Shown in pieces: positions 19,991 to 30,665 of a stretch of 64,000 bases of DNA (position 1 is its first letter; each line of letters opens with the position of its first letter). The stretch is from Candidatus Binatia bacterium (GTDB lineage Bacteria > Desulfobacterota > Binatia > Bin18), in the NCBI GenBank assembly GCA_963664395.2, contig OY761159.2, positions 1,344,001-1,408,000 of the forward strand, written 5' to 3'. Position numbers and translations under genes: made by a program. The notes below the pieces were generated by a model. It was given only the letters and a program-made list of their open reading frames with translations. It did no database searches and had not been told where the DNA came from.

Positions 19991-22399
19991 CTAATACAAC
20001 ACTTCCGCCGCTTTGAATTGGGCAATCTCCTCGTCCGTATATCCCAGCAGGTCCTTCATCACATACTCAGTATCCTGACCCATGAGTGGAGCGGCGGAAC
20101 GGACGCCGTTTGGCGCGGCGGTGAGCCGCCACGGAATGCCGATATGGGTCTGGACCTCCACCTCGGCATGCGGCAAGCGGGCAAAAAAGCCACGTGCGTT
20201 CAAATGCGGGTCCTCGCTCAGGTCTTTACTATTCATTGACGGAAAGGCCGCCACCCCCACGGCCTGGAGCGTTTCCGTTACCTCCCATTTCGTTCGCTCT
20301 TTGGTCCACTCCGTCAGGAGGCGTTCGAGTTCATCTTCGTTGGCTTTGCGGTCTGCCGCGGTGTGAAAGCGGGCGTCCTGACCGAGCTGGGTGTGGCCGA
20401 TGGCCTGGCACAACGCCTGCCACTCTTCATCCGTCCCGCAGACGATGCTGACCCATTCATCCTGGTCGGCCTCCTGCCCGGCACAGCGGAAGCAGTTATG
20501 CGGAGCCATCCACGCATCCCGATTGCCTCTGCGAGGCGGTTGGGTTGTATTCATGGCGTAGTCCATCCAGCCTTCCGCCAGTAATGCCGCCATGGTTTCC
20601 CATAATGAGGCATCAATATGCTGCCCTTTTCCAGTTCGCTTTCGTGCGGCCACAGCAGCAGTAACGGCCACGGCAGCGTTCAGACCGCCGTTTGGGTCAC
20701 CATACGAAATGCCAACTTCCTGGGGACCGCTCTCGGGATAGCCAGTCAGCGAAGACAGGCCGGTCAAGGGCACGATGGCCGGACCATAGCCCATATAGTT
20801 TTTCTGTGGTCCTGTATGTCCATAGCCGGAAATTGAGGCCATGATCAGATCAGGATGACGTTGTGTGAGCTCCTCATAGCCTATGCCCAGGCGCTCCATC
20901 ACGCCCGTCGCAAAATTTTCCACCACAACATCAGATTTCTCAATCAGAGCTTTCACAATAGGCAGGGCTTCCGGTTTACTCAGGTTGAGCAGGGTACTCT
21001 TTTTGCCCTGATGCCATTGGTTGAAATAGCCCGAACGATTGAGACTCGGCTCCATGCCTGTCGGATAAATGGGGACCCGTCGTCCGAGGTCAGGGCGCAC
21101 GTGAGATTCAACCCGAATGACCTCTGCGCCAAGATGGGCCAGTTGTAAGGCACAGTATGGCCCTGCCCACGCCCAACTGAAATCAATAACACGAAGACCC
21201 TCAAGGGGCAGCGTGTTGTTGGGGGTTGGGGACTGGGGGTTCGGGGTTGGGGGGGCTGATTTGCCCAAAATATCGTCATTATGCTCGCCCAGCAGGGGGG
21301 CCGGGCGGCGAATGGCCCACCAGGGCTCTTTGAGCTGGTAGGGTGGGCCCAGATGGGTCAGTGTCCCGGCCTTCGGGTGGGTCACGTCAACAAAAAAATT
21401 GCGGGCTTTGAGCTGTTCCTGTTGGGCCATGGTTTCCATGGACAATACGGGGGCAAAACAAATCCGGCGCTCCTGGCCGGCCTCGAAGAGGTCCTGGACT
21501 GTCCAGCCCCGCATCCATTCGTCGAGATAGGTCTTGAGCACGTCCCAGTTCTCAGCGCGGACAAAGGGATCTTTGAATATTTCCCAACTCGCCCACTCGG
21601 GATTCCCCATGAGATCAACCAGGCGCTCCCACTGATCCTGCTCCACCGTTACCACAAAGATCAGGCCGTCCTGACACTGATACATGCCCCAGGGATAGAG
21701 CAGGCGTCGACCCAGCCGGGATGCCACCTGCCCCATATAGGAGTAGTAGACAAAGTTTTGTTCCAGGAAGGACGCCACAAACTCCTGAATCGAAAGATCG
21801 ATATGCTCACCCTGGCCGGTTTCGTAGGCTTTGCTATACGCGGCCAGGCTGGTCATGGCCGCAGCCAGCCCGCCCTGAAAGTCGGCTTGGTGGCCGGCCG
21901 CTTTGAGCGGGGGTAAGTCCGGCCAATTTGACGCGCCGGGACTCAGCCAGGCCCAGCCGCCCCCGTGGGCCAAGTTCAATTCATAGGCTCTGTAGTCTTT
22001 ATACGGGCCGGTCAGCCCAAACGGTGTGATTGAGCACATCACCAAGCTGGGATTCACCTGCTGAAACGCCGTATAGGAAATGCCCAGCTCAGCCATGGCA
22101 GGCGGGGCGTAGTTGTGAATGAGCACGTCGGTCTGCGCAATCAGGGCGTGCAGACGTTCAGCGTCCTGGCGGATATCACAGGTAACGCCGCGCTTATTGG
22201 TATTCAAATATAAAAAGAGACCACTCTGTTCCGGGTCGGGCTGCCCCTGAGGAAACGGGCCGCGGGCGCGCGCCAAGTCACCACTCGGTTCTTCGACTTT
22301 GATCACCTCGGCGCCCAAGTCTGCCAGCAACTTTGTGGCATACGCCGCAGATACCATATTGCCGAGTTCTAATACACGAACGCCTTCCAAGCCGTGCAT
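19991..22399 (-). CDS. Class III (CaiB/BaiF) CoA-transferase, two domains fused
   Basis: Two LEG(V/L)RV...LA(D/H)LGAEVI(K/R)VE units, each ending in APL(L/M)G(E/Q). Confidence 0.93.
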   Translation of the reverse strand: MHGLEGVRVLELGNMVSAAYATKLLADLGAEVIKVEEPSGDLARARGPFPQGQPDPEQSGLFLYLNTNKRGVTCDIRQDAERLHALIAQTDVLIHNYAPPAMAELGISYTAFQQVNPSLVMCSITPFGLTGPYKDYRAYELNLAHGGGWAWLSPGASNWPDLPPLKAAGHQADFQGGLAAAMTSLAAYSKAYETGQGEHIDLSIQEFVASFLEQNFVYYSYMGQVASRLGRRLLYPWGMYQCQDGLIFVVTVEQDQWERLVDLMGNPEWASWEIFKDPFVRAENWDVLKTYLDEWMRGWTVQDLFEAGQERRICFAPVLSMETMAQQEQLKARNFFVDVTHPKAGTLTHLGPPYQLKEPWWAIRRPAPLLGEHNDDILGKSAPPTPNPQSPTPNNTLPLEGLRVIDFSWAWAGPYCALQLAHLGAEVIRVESHVRPDLGRRVPIYPTGMEPSLNRSGYFNQWHQGKKSTLLNLSKPEALPIVKALIEKSDVVVENFATGVMERLGIGYEELTQRHPDLIMASISGYGHTGPQKNYMGYGPAIVPLTGLSSLTGYPESGPQEVGISYGDPNGGLNAAVAVTAAVAARKRTGKGQHIDASLWETMAALLAEGWMDYAMNTTQPPRRGNRDAWMAPHNCFRCAGQEADQDEWVSIVCGTDEEWQALCQAIGHTQLGQDARFHTAADRKANEDELERLLTEWTKERTKWEVTETLQAVGVAAFPSMNSKDLSEDPHLNARGFFARLPHAEVEVQTHIGIPWRLTAAPNGVRSAAPLMGQDTEYVMKDLLGYTDEEIAQFKAAEVLY
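21218..21252. repeat. 5x heptamer tandem repeat (GTTGGGG variants) encoding the linker PTPNPQSPTPN
   Basis: gttgggg gttgggg actgggg gttcggg gttgggg. Confidence 0.8.
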
Positions 22400-22507
22400 A
22401 ACGGATCCTCCTTCTGTGAAGAGTAAATGTGTCCTCCAACAGAGACAAAAAGCTGGACACGTTTACTCTGTGTACCGTAGCGGGCCTATCAAGGCGGCAA
22501 CAGCGCG

Positions 22508-24208
22508 TCAACGCGGTCGGCTTCCTGCCGCCCAATTGAGGCGAATATCCCAGGTATAAATTTTGTCTGGCGGGAGTGTCGGGGCGGTTGTGTTATCAAC
22601 CTGCTCGTACACGTTTGCCGGCGGGCGTAGCGTTGCGTCGCGACCGTAGACAAAGTCCTGGTCTTCGACAATGAGCTTATAGGCCTTATTGAGCAATAAG
22701 GCCCGCGCGGGGGATGGGGTAATCAGCTCGTAGACATCCCGTGCCGCGGCAACGGCTGCATAGTTGACCGATCCGTCCGCCCGGTACCAACGCGCCGCCA
22801 TTTCCGCATTATTGCGAAACTCGGTGCCGCCTCCCACGCGTTCGAGATAGGTCAGGATTTCCCCCTGCTGTTCGTTCATATTGGGCGCATCCGGCATGCC
22901 GCGCAGATTGATATAGCCCCAGCCGGCGGCCCCGTCGATTTTGCGCGGGAAGCTATACGTCTTGTCAATCGAAGAGCCGACCGCGTTATGGCAGCCCATG
23001 CAGAACATGGTCTCTTCGTAGGTATTGAAGCGCAGCCGTCCGTCCTTGTCCTCAATAAACCCCTGGAGCAGCCAACCCATTTTATTGTACAGACCCGCAT
23101 GGCCGCGGTCCGGATAATGAGGCAGCGTGCCTTCCAGCTTTTCCTGATATTCCTCGTCGTAGTAATGCGCGAGGATGGTGGGAGACAGGAAATCCCGCTT
23201 CAGCATATAGCGCACTTCTTTCATCCGCCGCGCATTCGTGATGCTCCCGTCCGCGCCGACGCCGACATAGCGCACCGTATGCAGGAATTCCGTCCGGTGG
23301 GGATAGACATACGGTTCAACCCGCGTATCACTCCCTGCTCCCACATAGGTTGTCGGTCGGGTGAGGGCGTGAATGCGCCCGAGTGCGCCGTCCCCGTTCA
23401 GGTCCTGGCCGAGTTGAGTCTCATCAATGGGCAGGCTGCCAATGGTCTCAAAGCCCTTAATCGCGGCTTCGAGAATCGCCAGATTGGCTTTATACACTTC
23501 GCGCGAATAGACCCCGTCCTGTGTGTGTCGAAACTTGGCCGGCAACCGGAGCAGCACATCATCGGTAGATCCATTGGTCGGCCAAAACGTGCTCGGAAAG
23601 GGTTTATAGGCAAAGGCCACCCAGTGGCTGCCATCTTTGGCAAAGCCCTGCTCATCAAAGGCGGCCGCCCCAGCGGCCAGGTTGTGAAGCCGGGGAATAT
23701 AGCCCCGAAATTGCACCGCCTCCAATCGGCCGGCCAGTTCGGAAAAATTATCGTGGTTAATCCACGCCTGTATGGCAGCGTCACTCATGGCGGCGACCCG
23801 CTCACTACGGTCTTCAAACAGATTCCGCCAGCGATTGGTTTGCCCGGCCTGACTAAAACTGTACGCCCGCTGTAAGCGGGCATCGTTCATCCGATTTTCA
23901 CGGCCCGGGATATGATCTTGATGACAGACGTAGCACGGATTAAAGCGGCCCTCGGTCCGGGTATAGCATTGCGGAGGGATCACCGCTTCGGGGTTATAGA
24001 CGCCGACCAGGCCCGGTCCGGGAGAGCGGGGCGGCAACACCTCAGTCCAGCCTCTCAGCAGGGCAACCTTTTGAACTGAAGTGATTGGATGGGTTGTCGA
24101 ACGAGGTGGGCGCGTCCTGTCCGCTGTGTGCTGAACAGGCGCGTCTGCCCGTACCTCCGGAAAAACACTAAGAACACTCAATGTAATAAGACTGAGGAGG
24201 AGTTTCAT
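22508..24208 (-). CDS. Exported uncharacterised protein with two CxxCH heme motifs
   Basis: Signal peptide MKLLLSLITLSVLSVFPEVRA; CYVCH and CMGCH; 4-bp overlap with the upstream PhoX-like gene. Confidence 0.8.
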   Translation of the reverse strand: MKLLLSLITLSVLSVFPEVRADAPVQHTADRTRPPRSTTHPITSVQKVALLRGWTEVLPPRSPGPGLVGVYNPEAVIPPQCYTRTEGRFNPCYVCHQDHIPGRENRMNDARLQRAYSFSQAGQTNRWRNLFEDRSERVAAMSDAAIQAWINHDNFSELAGRLEAVQFRGYIPRLHNLAAGAAAFDEQGFAKDGSHWVAFAYKPFPSTFWPTNGSTDDVLLRLPAKFRHTQDGVYSREVYKANLAILEAAIKGFETIGSLPIDETQLGQDLNGDGALGRIHALTRPTTYVGAGSDTRVEPYVYPHRTEFLHTVRYVGVGADGSITNARRMKEVRYMLKRDFLSPTILAHYYDEEYQEKLEGTLPHYPDRGHAGLYNKMGWLLQGFIEDKDGRLRFNTYEETMFCMGCHNAVGSSIDKTYSFPRKIDGAAGWGYINLRGMPDAPNMNEQQGEILTYLERVGGGTEFRNNAEMAARWYRADGSVNYAAVAAARDVYELITPSPARALLLNKAYKLIVEDQDFVYGRDATLRPPANVYEQVDNTTAPTLPPDKIYTWDIRLNWAAGSRPR

Positions 24209-25818
24209 TGAATTTTATTTTTTGATCCAAAACCGAAATATCGATAGGACTGCCTTTCGAGACGGTACGCCGTCCGTGCGCCAAAATCATACTTCAGCGG
24301 TCTGACCCGAAAACCCGACAGCCGAATGAGGTCATCGGTCCGAAAATCATCCACCAACGGCATATTGCCGTCGGCACTATGCTGGATAGCAAAATACGCT
24401 TGGGTCCCGTCTGGCGTAAAAAGAAAACCGGTTGACTCGGCAGACCCATCGGCAATTTTGAACAGTCGCACACAGCCGTCAGACTTGATATCGTCGTCCG
24501 CGCCGTCCGGCAGACACGCCCACACATCACTATTCCCCCGGCTCGTCCCATTGTCTTCGATGACAAACAGCACCCCCGTTGTCGGCTGAAAGGCAAGGTT
24601 ATCCGGCTGACTGAACTCGGGGTTGCCTTCAACGAAACGGTTCAGCACGATCTCCCCCGTTGTCCCGGTTGCCACGGTCACATCCTGATCAATCGCGCAT
24701 TGCACCTCGCCGTAGTTGCCCCCGGCATGGTTGCCGGTGACGGCGAAGCAGAAGCGAATGGCATCCGGCTGGTCGGGGTCGCTGAACAGCGGATCACGGT
24801 GGAGGTCCTCAGGACGGTAATAGGCCGTTGCCCCAGCCGCATTGGCGGCCTCGCGGCCAATGCGGGGTGCACCCGCATCAACAGACGCTGCCGTTGGCGT
24901 CAGTGGAATCCAGGCTCCGTTTCCAATCTCGCAACCTTGGCCGAACTGCTGTCGGTCATCCCGACACGACACTTGCAGCGCATAGGTTGTCCCTTCGATA
25001 AATGGAGAGTGATCGAGTGACGGGATGTTCCCCGTGCCGGGGTCGTACAGGTTGGCAGGGATGAATTTATACACTGCGCCGCCATCGGTATCGCCCCGCC
25101 CATAGCTCCCAGGCCGCTCTTCATCGCCCGCAATCACAACCCCTGTTTCATGCACCAGAAAGCCTTCGTACCGGATCACAGGAAAGGCGGTGCGCTTGAT
25201 AATGCGATCCGAAGCGTCTCGTCCGGCCTGATCTACGATCCGGGCCGGAGCGCCGCCCTTGCCTCGCGCAAGGATGGTGAACTCGTCAGCCGTCAGAGGG
25301 TCAAGGATTTCATACACGGACCCCGCGTCGCTGACGAAGTCTTCTTCGGTTGCGATCACCGTGCCCCACGGCGTGGTCCGAATCCCATCGCAAATCGTCA
25401 TCCCGCGTACGAGGGTTGTGACGGCCCGTGTTTGCAGGTCAACGACTTGGACGCCCGGTGTCAGCTTATCCCCAACGGCAAAGGACGCACCGCATGAACC
25501 GCTCAGGCAGCCGAGGACTTCTTCAATACAGCCGATCAAGTGGGTTGGGTGAGCAGCAGCGTGCGGCCAGAAAGCCATCTGATCCCAGTCCTGTCCGACT
25601 TCACGCGAAAAGTATTCTGCCTGAATACCTTTCCGCAGAAAAAGAAACTGCTCCTCCACGGTTTGGGTTGGCGTACGGAAATCGGGTTCTTCTTGACTTG
25701 CTGCTTGTAGCGTACACGTCAGGACAAGAGCCGCTGTCGTGAAGAGTGAACGTGTCAACAGCTTGAGAGTAGTGGAGGACACGTTCACTCTTTTGATTAC
25801 ACGCGTGAGACCAAACAT
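24205..25818 (-). CDS. PhoX/DUF839-family alkaline phosphatase-like beta-propeller
   Basis: CDGIRTTPWGTVIATEE, RYEG, RPED, QPDNL, IED, ESTGFLF, AIQH. Confidence 0.78.
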   Translation of the reverse strand: MFGLTRVIKRVNVSSTTLKLLTRSLFTTAALVLTCTLQAASQEEPDFRTPTQTVEEQFLFLRKGIQAEYFSREVGQDWDQMAFWPHAAAHPTHLIGCIEEVLGCLSGSCGASFAVGDKLTPGVQVVDLQTRAVTTLVRGMTICDGIRTTPWGTVIATEEDFVSDAGSVYEILDPLTADEFTILARGKGGAPARIVDQAGRDASDRIIKRTAFPVIRYEGFLVHETGVVIAGDEERPGSYGRGDTDGGAVYKFIPANLYDPGTGNIPSLDHSPFIEGTTYALQVSCRDDRQQFGQGCEIGNGAWIPLTPTAASVDAGAPRIGREAANAAGATAYYRPEDLHRDPLFSDPDQPDAIRFCFAVTGNHAGGNYGEVQCAIDQDVTVATGTTGEIVLNRFVEGNPEFSQPDNLAFQPTTGVLFVIEDNGTSRGNSDVWACLPDGADDDIKSDGCVRLFKIADGSAESTGFLFTPDGTQAYFAIQHSADGNMPLVDDFRTDDLIRLSGFRVRPLKYDFGARTAYRLERQSYRYFGFGSKNKIQ

Positions 25819-25869
25819 CCAGACTCCTCCTCAAGAAAATATGTATAAGGCGGGCAGACAGGTAGTCGC

Positions 25870-27813
25870 CTACAGCCGGATACGCACCTCAATCGCCCAG
25901 AACACGGCTTGGGTCGATTCCTCGACGGTGTGACCAACCGTCGTCAGTCGGAGCGCCGGCTCCGGCGGCGGTTCATACGGGGAGGAGAGGCCGGTAAATT
26001 CCTGAATCTCCCCTGCCCGCGCCTTATGATACAGCCCTTTCACATCGCGCTCCTCACACACTTCAAGCGGGGTGTCTACATACACCTCAAAAAAGCGGTC
26101 AGCGCCGATGATCTCTGCCGCGTGTTGCCGGTCGGTGTGAAACGGTGCAATAACCGGCACAAGCACAATCACGCCAGCCTGATTAAAGAGCCGCGCGACT
26201 TCGGCAATGCGGCGGATATTTTCCGCGCGGTCACCTTCCGAGAAGGTGAGGTCTCGATTCAGACCAAAACGCAGATTATCACCGTCGAGCCGATAGACAT
26301 GGAATCCTTCCGTATGCAGACGCTGCTCAAGCTGTTCCGCAATGGATGATTTTCCAGAGCCGGACAAACCCGTCAGCCAGACCGTCAGCGCGCGTTGCCG
26401 CAGGGCGCGCTGACGCTCAGCAACTGAAATCAACCCGGCTTCCGCCCGGATATGGACTGACTGTTGACCTCCTGTCCGAACGGACACGTTCGGCTGAGCA
26501 AGGGGTTCCGGCCGGCGGTCAATAATCATCCCGGCACCGACCGTATTATTCGTCAGACGGTCAATGACGACAAAGGCACCGGTCGCGCGGTTCTTACGGT
26601 ACGGATCAAAGGCAAGCGGCTTTTCGAGCTCAAATGCACACCGTCCGATTTCATTGAGGGCGAGTTGAGCGGCGTCCTCACGGTGGAGGGTATTCACGTC
26701 CATACGATACCGCACCTCGGCAATCACCCCCGGCGTTGTGTTGGTGGTGTGCTTGATAAAATACTGCTTGCCAGGCTGCATGGGCTCTTCAGCCATCCAC
26801 ACCAGCATGGCTTCAAAGCGCGTGGCTATGAGGGGCACATTGTTGGGATGAACGAGCATATCTCCACGACTGACGTCGATTTCGTCTTCAAGCGTCAGGG
26901 TCACGGCCAACGGCGGCATGGCCTGCTTCAGTTCCCCCTCAAAGGTATGGATGGCTTTCACCCGGCTTGTTTTGCGTGACGGAAACACCATGACTGCATC
27001 GCCCGGGCGCACGATGCCGGAGGCCACCGTTCCACAAAAACCGCGAAAGTCCGGATTGGGGCGATTGACGTATTGGACCGGAAAACGAAAGTCGATCAGA
27101 TTGGTATCCGAAGCAATATAGACGTGCTCCAACAGGTGCATCAGCGGGCTGCCCGCGTACCACGGCAGGTGCGCGCTTTTGTTCACCACGTTATCGCCGC
27201 TCAGCGCCGCCATGGGCAGGAAGTGCACCTCGCCCAGCTCGAGTCGGGCGGCAAAGTCGGTATAGTCTTTGACAATCCGCTCAAAGGCCTCTTGGCTGTA
27301 GTCAACCAGATCCATCTTATTGACGGCAACAATAATGTGCTTGATGCCCAACAGAGAGGCGATAAAGCTGTGTCGCCGAGTTTGGGTCAGGACGCCATAG
27401 CGGGCATCGATCAGGATAATAGCCAAGTCGCACGTCGACGCGCCGGTTGCCATGTTCCGGGTGTACTGCTCATGACCAGGGGTGTCGGCAATAATGAATT
27501 TTCGTTTGGCGGTCGAAAAATAGCGATAGGCAACATCGATGGTGATGCCCTGTTCACGTTCGGCTTTGAGGCCGTCGGTCAGCAGGGCGGGGTCAAATTC
27601 CGTATCTGTCGTGCCATGTCGGACCGAGTCTTTTTTCATCGCCTCAAGCTGATCCTCGTAGATCATCTTGGAGTCGTATAAGAGCCGGCCGATAAGGGTG
27701 CTTTTGCCGTCATCCACACTGCCGCAGGTCAGGAAGCGCAGCAGGTCCTTGCGTTCATGTTGGGCAAGATAGGCTTCAATATCTGTCGCGATCAGGTCAG
27801 ACTGGTGAGACAT
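25870..27813 (-). CDS. cysNC: Bifunctional sulfate adenylyltransferase subunit 1 / APS kinase (CysN/CysC)
   Basis: [33 protein letters not shown]; C-terminal [11 protein letters not shown] and RDVKGLY. Confidence 0.97.
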   Translation of the reverse strand: MSHQSDLIATDIEAYLAQHERKDLLRFLTCGSVDDGKSTLIGRLLYDSKMIYEDQLEAMKKDSVRHGTTDTEFDPALLTDGLKAEREQGITIDVAYRYFSTAKRKFIIADTPGHEQYTRNMATGASTCDLAIILIDARYGVLTQTRRHSFIASLLGIKHIIVAVNKMDLVDYSQEAFERIVKDYTDFAARLELGEVHFLPMAALSGDNVVNKSAHLPWYAGSPLMHLLEHVYIASDTNLIDFRFPVQYVNRPNPDFRGFCGTVASGIVRPGDAVMVFPSRKTSRVKAIHTFEGELKQAMPPLAVTLTLEDEIDVSRGDMLVHPNNVPLIATRFEAMLVWMAEEPMQPGKQYFIKHTTNTTPGVIAEVRYRMDVNTLHREDAAQLALNEIGRCAFELEKPLAFDPYRKNRATGAFVVIDRLTNNTVGAGMIIDRRPEPLAQPNVSVRTGGQQSVHIRAEAGLISVAERQRALRQRALTVWLTGLSGSGKSSIAEQLEQRLHTEGFHVYRLDGDNLRFGLNRDLTFSEGDRAENIRRIAEVARLFNQAGVIVLVPVIAPFHTDRQHAAEIIGADRFFEVYVDTPLEVCEERDVKGLYHKARAGEIQEFTGLSSPYEPPPEPALRLTTVGHTVEESTQAVFWAIEVRIRL

Positions 27814-27855
27814 ACCGGAGTACCGTTCTTTCCGTGGGAGCGCGGCCAACTTGCC

Positions 27856-28836
27856 TTAGAAGTAGCCTTCCTTTTTCTTCTCTTCCATGGAGCCGGACTG
27901 GTCGAAATCAATGACGCGGCCTTGCCGTTCGGACTGCGTAGCCAGCAGCATTTCCTGAATAATCAACGGCAGGGTGTCGGCCTCGGATTCAATTGCGCCC
28001 GTCAGCGGATAGCAGCCCAGGGTGCGAAAGCGGACTTTCTTCAACTGCGGTTGTTCGCCCGGATGGAGCGGCAGACGGTCGTCGTCTACCATAATGAGCA
28101 CCCCGTCGCGCTCGACAACCGGACGCTCCTTGGCAAAGTACAGCGTCACAATCGGGATGTGTTCGCGGTAGATGTATTGCCAGACATCCAGCTCGGTCCA
28201 ATTCGACAACGGAAAAACACGGATGCTCTCGCCTTTATCAAGCCTGGAATTATACAGATTCCACAGTTCGGGGCGTTGGTTCTTGGGGTCCCAGCGATGG
28301 TTGCGGTCACGGAACGAATACACCCGTTCTTTCGCCCGTGATTTCTCTTCATCACGCCGCGCGCCCCCAAAGGCCGCATCAAATCCGTACTGATTGAGTG
28401 CCTGTTTGAGCGCCTGCGTCTTCATCACATCGGTGTGCTTTTTGGAGCCATGCGTCATGGGACTGATACCCGCTTTTACCCCGTCCGGGTTGATATACAC
28501 GATGAGGTCGAAGCCGAGTTCGTGTTTGATATAGGTATCTCGGAAGGTGATCATCTCTCGGAATTTCCAGGTCGTATCAACGTGCAGCAGGGGGAAGGGC
28601 AGCGTACCCGGCGCGAACGCTTTGCGGGCCAGGTGCAGCATGACCGCCGAGTCTTTGCCGATGGAGTACAGCATGACCGGATTGTCAAACTCAGCCGCCA
28701 CCTCCCGAATGATATGAATACTCTCGGCCTCAAGACATTTGAGATGCGTGAGGGAATAGGAAGTCTTTTCATGCGAGGGCTGCTGATTGGACGGATTCCC
28801 AAGGGTCTCCACTGCCGACACTCCTTCCTCAATCAC
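27856..28836 (-). CDS. cysD: Sulfate adenylyltransferase subunit 2
   Basis: [58 protein letters not shown]. Confidence 0.98.
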   Translation of the reverse strand: MIEEGVSAVETLGNPSNQQPSHEKTSYSLTHLKCLEAESIHIIREVAAEFDNPVMLYSIGKDSAVMLHLARKAFAPGTLPFPLLHVDTTWKFREMITFRDTYIKHELGFDLIVYINPDGVKAGISPMTHGSKKHTDVMKTQALKQALNQYGFDAAFGGARRDEEKSRAKERVYSFRDRNHRWDPKNQRPELWNLYNSRLDKGESIRVFPLSNWTELDVWQYIYREHIPIVTLYFAKERPVVERDGVLIMVDDDRLPLHPGEQPQLKKVRFRTLGCYPLTGAIESEADTLPLIIQEMLLATQSERQGRVIDFDQSGSMEEKKKEGYF

Positions 28837-28858
28837 ACGGCGTCAATTGGATCTCAGC

Positions 28859-29599
28859 TTAGCCGGCAGGCGTCGAACAGACCGCGCAGTGCGGATTCTT
28901 CTCAATCGTCTGCTCGGTAAAATGAAACGCCGGAACTGTCCACTCCAGCAGTTTGGGCTGGCTGTCCGCAGCGGCCTGCACGATGATTTTGAGGGCTTCG
29001 GTCGCCTGCTGCGCACCGGCAAAGAGCGCATGTGGCGCGTCTAGCGGGAGGGCTGCGAGCGTTGTTCCGGCCTGCCCTCCATCACACCCTACTACGGAGA
29101 AGAGACAGCGCAGGCACGGCCACTCGTCCCTGTCACCTCGACTCACGAATAGTTGTCCGCGCTCCTGGGTGGCGACTGTCCACACGAACGGCTTCTGCCG
29201 GGCGTAACACACATCGTGTAAGGCAGGCGTTGTTGCCACTATCAGATCATACTGTTGACCCAATTGGTCAGGCTGCTGGTCGGGCCGGTCGGTATGGGTC
29301 ACAATCGTGCAATCGGGGTTGAGACGCCTGAGCGTGTTCGCTATGGGCGACGTATCCGGTCCACGGCCCGGTCCACAGAATTGTTCAGCCAATGCGGAAA
29401 AGACCAGTGGAGCCTTGGAGCCGGCCACACCTATAGTCCCAACTCCGGCAGCGGCCAGATAGAATAGAGCGGCGGCGGCTAACGGCCCGTCCCCGTCAAC
29501 ATAGACGCGACTCCGGAGAATCTTTTCCTGCCCTGTACCGCCAACCTGAGGCAGGATGATCTGTCGGCTGTAGCGTTCAATCTGAGTGTCTCCGAGCAT
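28859..29599 (-). CDS. Degenerate ThiF/MoeB-family protein (RYSRQ present, P-loop lost)
   Basis: IERYSRQIILPQVGGTGQEK and CLRC/CAVC present; DGDGPLA replaces GxGxxG; no SNLxRQ. Confidence 0.8.
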   Translation of the reverse strand: MLGDTQIERYSRQIILPQVGGTGQEKILRSRVYVDGDGPLAAAALFYLAAAGVGTIGVAGSKAPLVFSALAEQFCGPGRGPDTSPIANTLRRLNPDCTIVTHTDRPDQQPDQLGQQYDLIVATTPALHDVCYARQKPFVWTVATQERGQLFVSRGDRDEWPCLRCLFSVVGCDGGQAGTTLAALPLDAPHALFAGAQQATEALKIIVQAAADSQPKLLEWTVPAFHFTEQTIEKNPHCAVCSTPAG

Positions 29600-29648
29600 G
29601 GATCATTCCGAAGCAGTGAAGAACGTACGGTCAAAGAGAACGGCTCAG

Positions 29649-30662
29649 TCAGGCCGCTCCCTGTGCCTGGCTTTTAGTGTGACGGGCGTGACGCTGGTTA
29701 TACTCTTTCCAGCCGGCCCACAGATTTGTACTCAGATATTTGTCTCCAAAATCCGGGAAGAGCGTCACGACGCTGCCTGCCTCGATTTCACGGGCAACCT
29801 GGAGTGCGGCCCACATCGCCGCACCGGACGATTGGCCGACTAAGATCCCTTCTTCCCGGCCGAGTCGATATACCGTTTCATAGGCATCTTCGGTCGAAAC
29901 ATTGATCTTTCGGTCAAGCCGCTCTTCAGAGTAAATGCCGGGTACGATCGAACTGTCCATATGCTTGAGCCCCTCAAGCCCATGGAAGGCGTCATCCGGT
30001 TCCACCCCAATAATCCGGATATCCGGATTTTTCTCCTTCAGGTAGCGCCCGGTTCCCATCAGTGTGCCGCCGGTCCCCATGCCGGCCACAAAATGGGTTA
30101 TTTGCTCTTTAGTCTGCCACCACAGCTCCGGTCCGGTTGTCTCATAGTGGGCCAAGGGATTATGCGGATTAAAGTATTGATCCGGTTTGAAATAGTGCTC
30201 GGGATCCTTCTTCAACATGTCCCGACACAGTTCCAAGGCGCCATCCGAGCCCTCCATGGGGCTGCTGAAGATCATCTTTGCACCATACGCGGCAATGATT
30301 TTTTTCCGTTCCATACCAACGTTGGCCGGGATACATAGCTTGACCGGATAGCCCAGCACTGCCCCAATCATGGCCAGCGCAATCCCGGTATTCCCGGATG
30401 TCGAGTCGAGAATAATTTTGCCCTGGGTCAGCGCGCCGGTCTCAAGGCCCTTGCGGACCATACACAGCGCCGGGCGATCTTTGACCGACCCACCAGGATT
30501 GAAGCCTTCGAGCTTGGCATAGATTCGAACGCCTGGGGCAATAGGCGTGGTCAGTCGGGTAATTTCGAGCAGCGGCGTATTCCCGATCAGATGCAGGACG
30601 GACGGAACACGCAGGGGTCCTGCCGGAGGGGGCCCCTCGGTCGGACTAGGCAGGAGTGACAC
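29649..30662 (-). CDS. cysM: PLP-dependent cysteine synthase, CysM-like
   Basis: IGNTPL, KLEGFNPGGSVKDR, TSGNTG, GMGTGGT, FPDFGDKYLS. Confidence 0.85.
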   Translation of the reverse strand: MSLLPSPTEGPPPAGPLRVPSVLHLIGNTPLLEITRLTTPIAPGVRIYAKLEGFNPGGSVKDRPALCMVRKGLETGALTQGKIILDSTSGNTGIALAMIGAVLGYPVKLCIPANVGMERKKIIAAYGAKMIFSSPMEGSDGALELCRDMLKKDPEHYFKPDQYFNPHNPLAHYETTGPELWWQTKEQITHFVAGMGTGGTLMGTGRYLKEKNPDIRIIGVEPDDAFHGLEGLKHMDSSIVPGIYSEERLDRKINVSTEDAYETVYRLGREEGILVGQSSGAAMWAALQVAREIEAGSVVTLFPDFGDKYLSTNLWAGWKEYNQRHARHTKSQAQGAA

Positions 30663-30665
30663 GCC

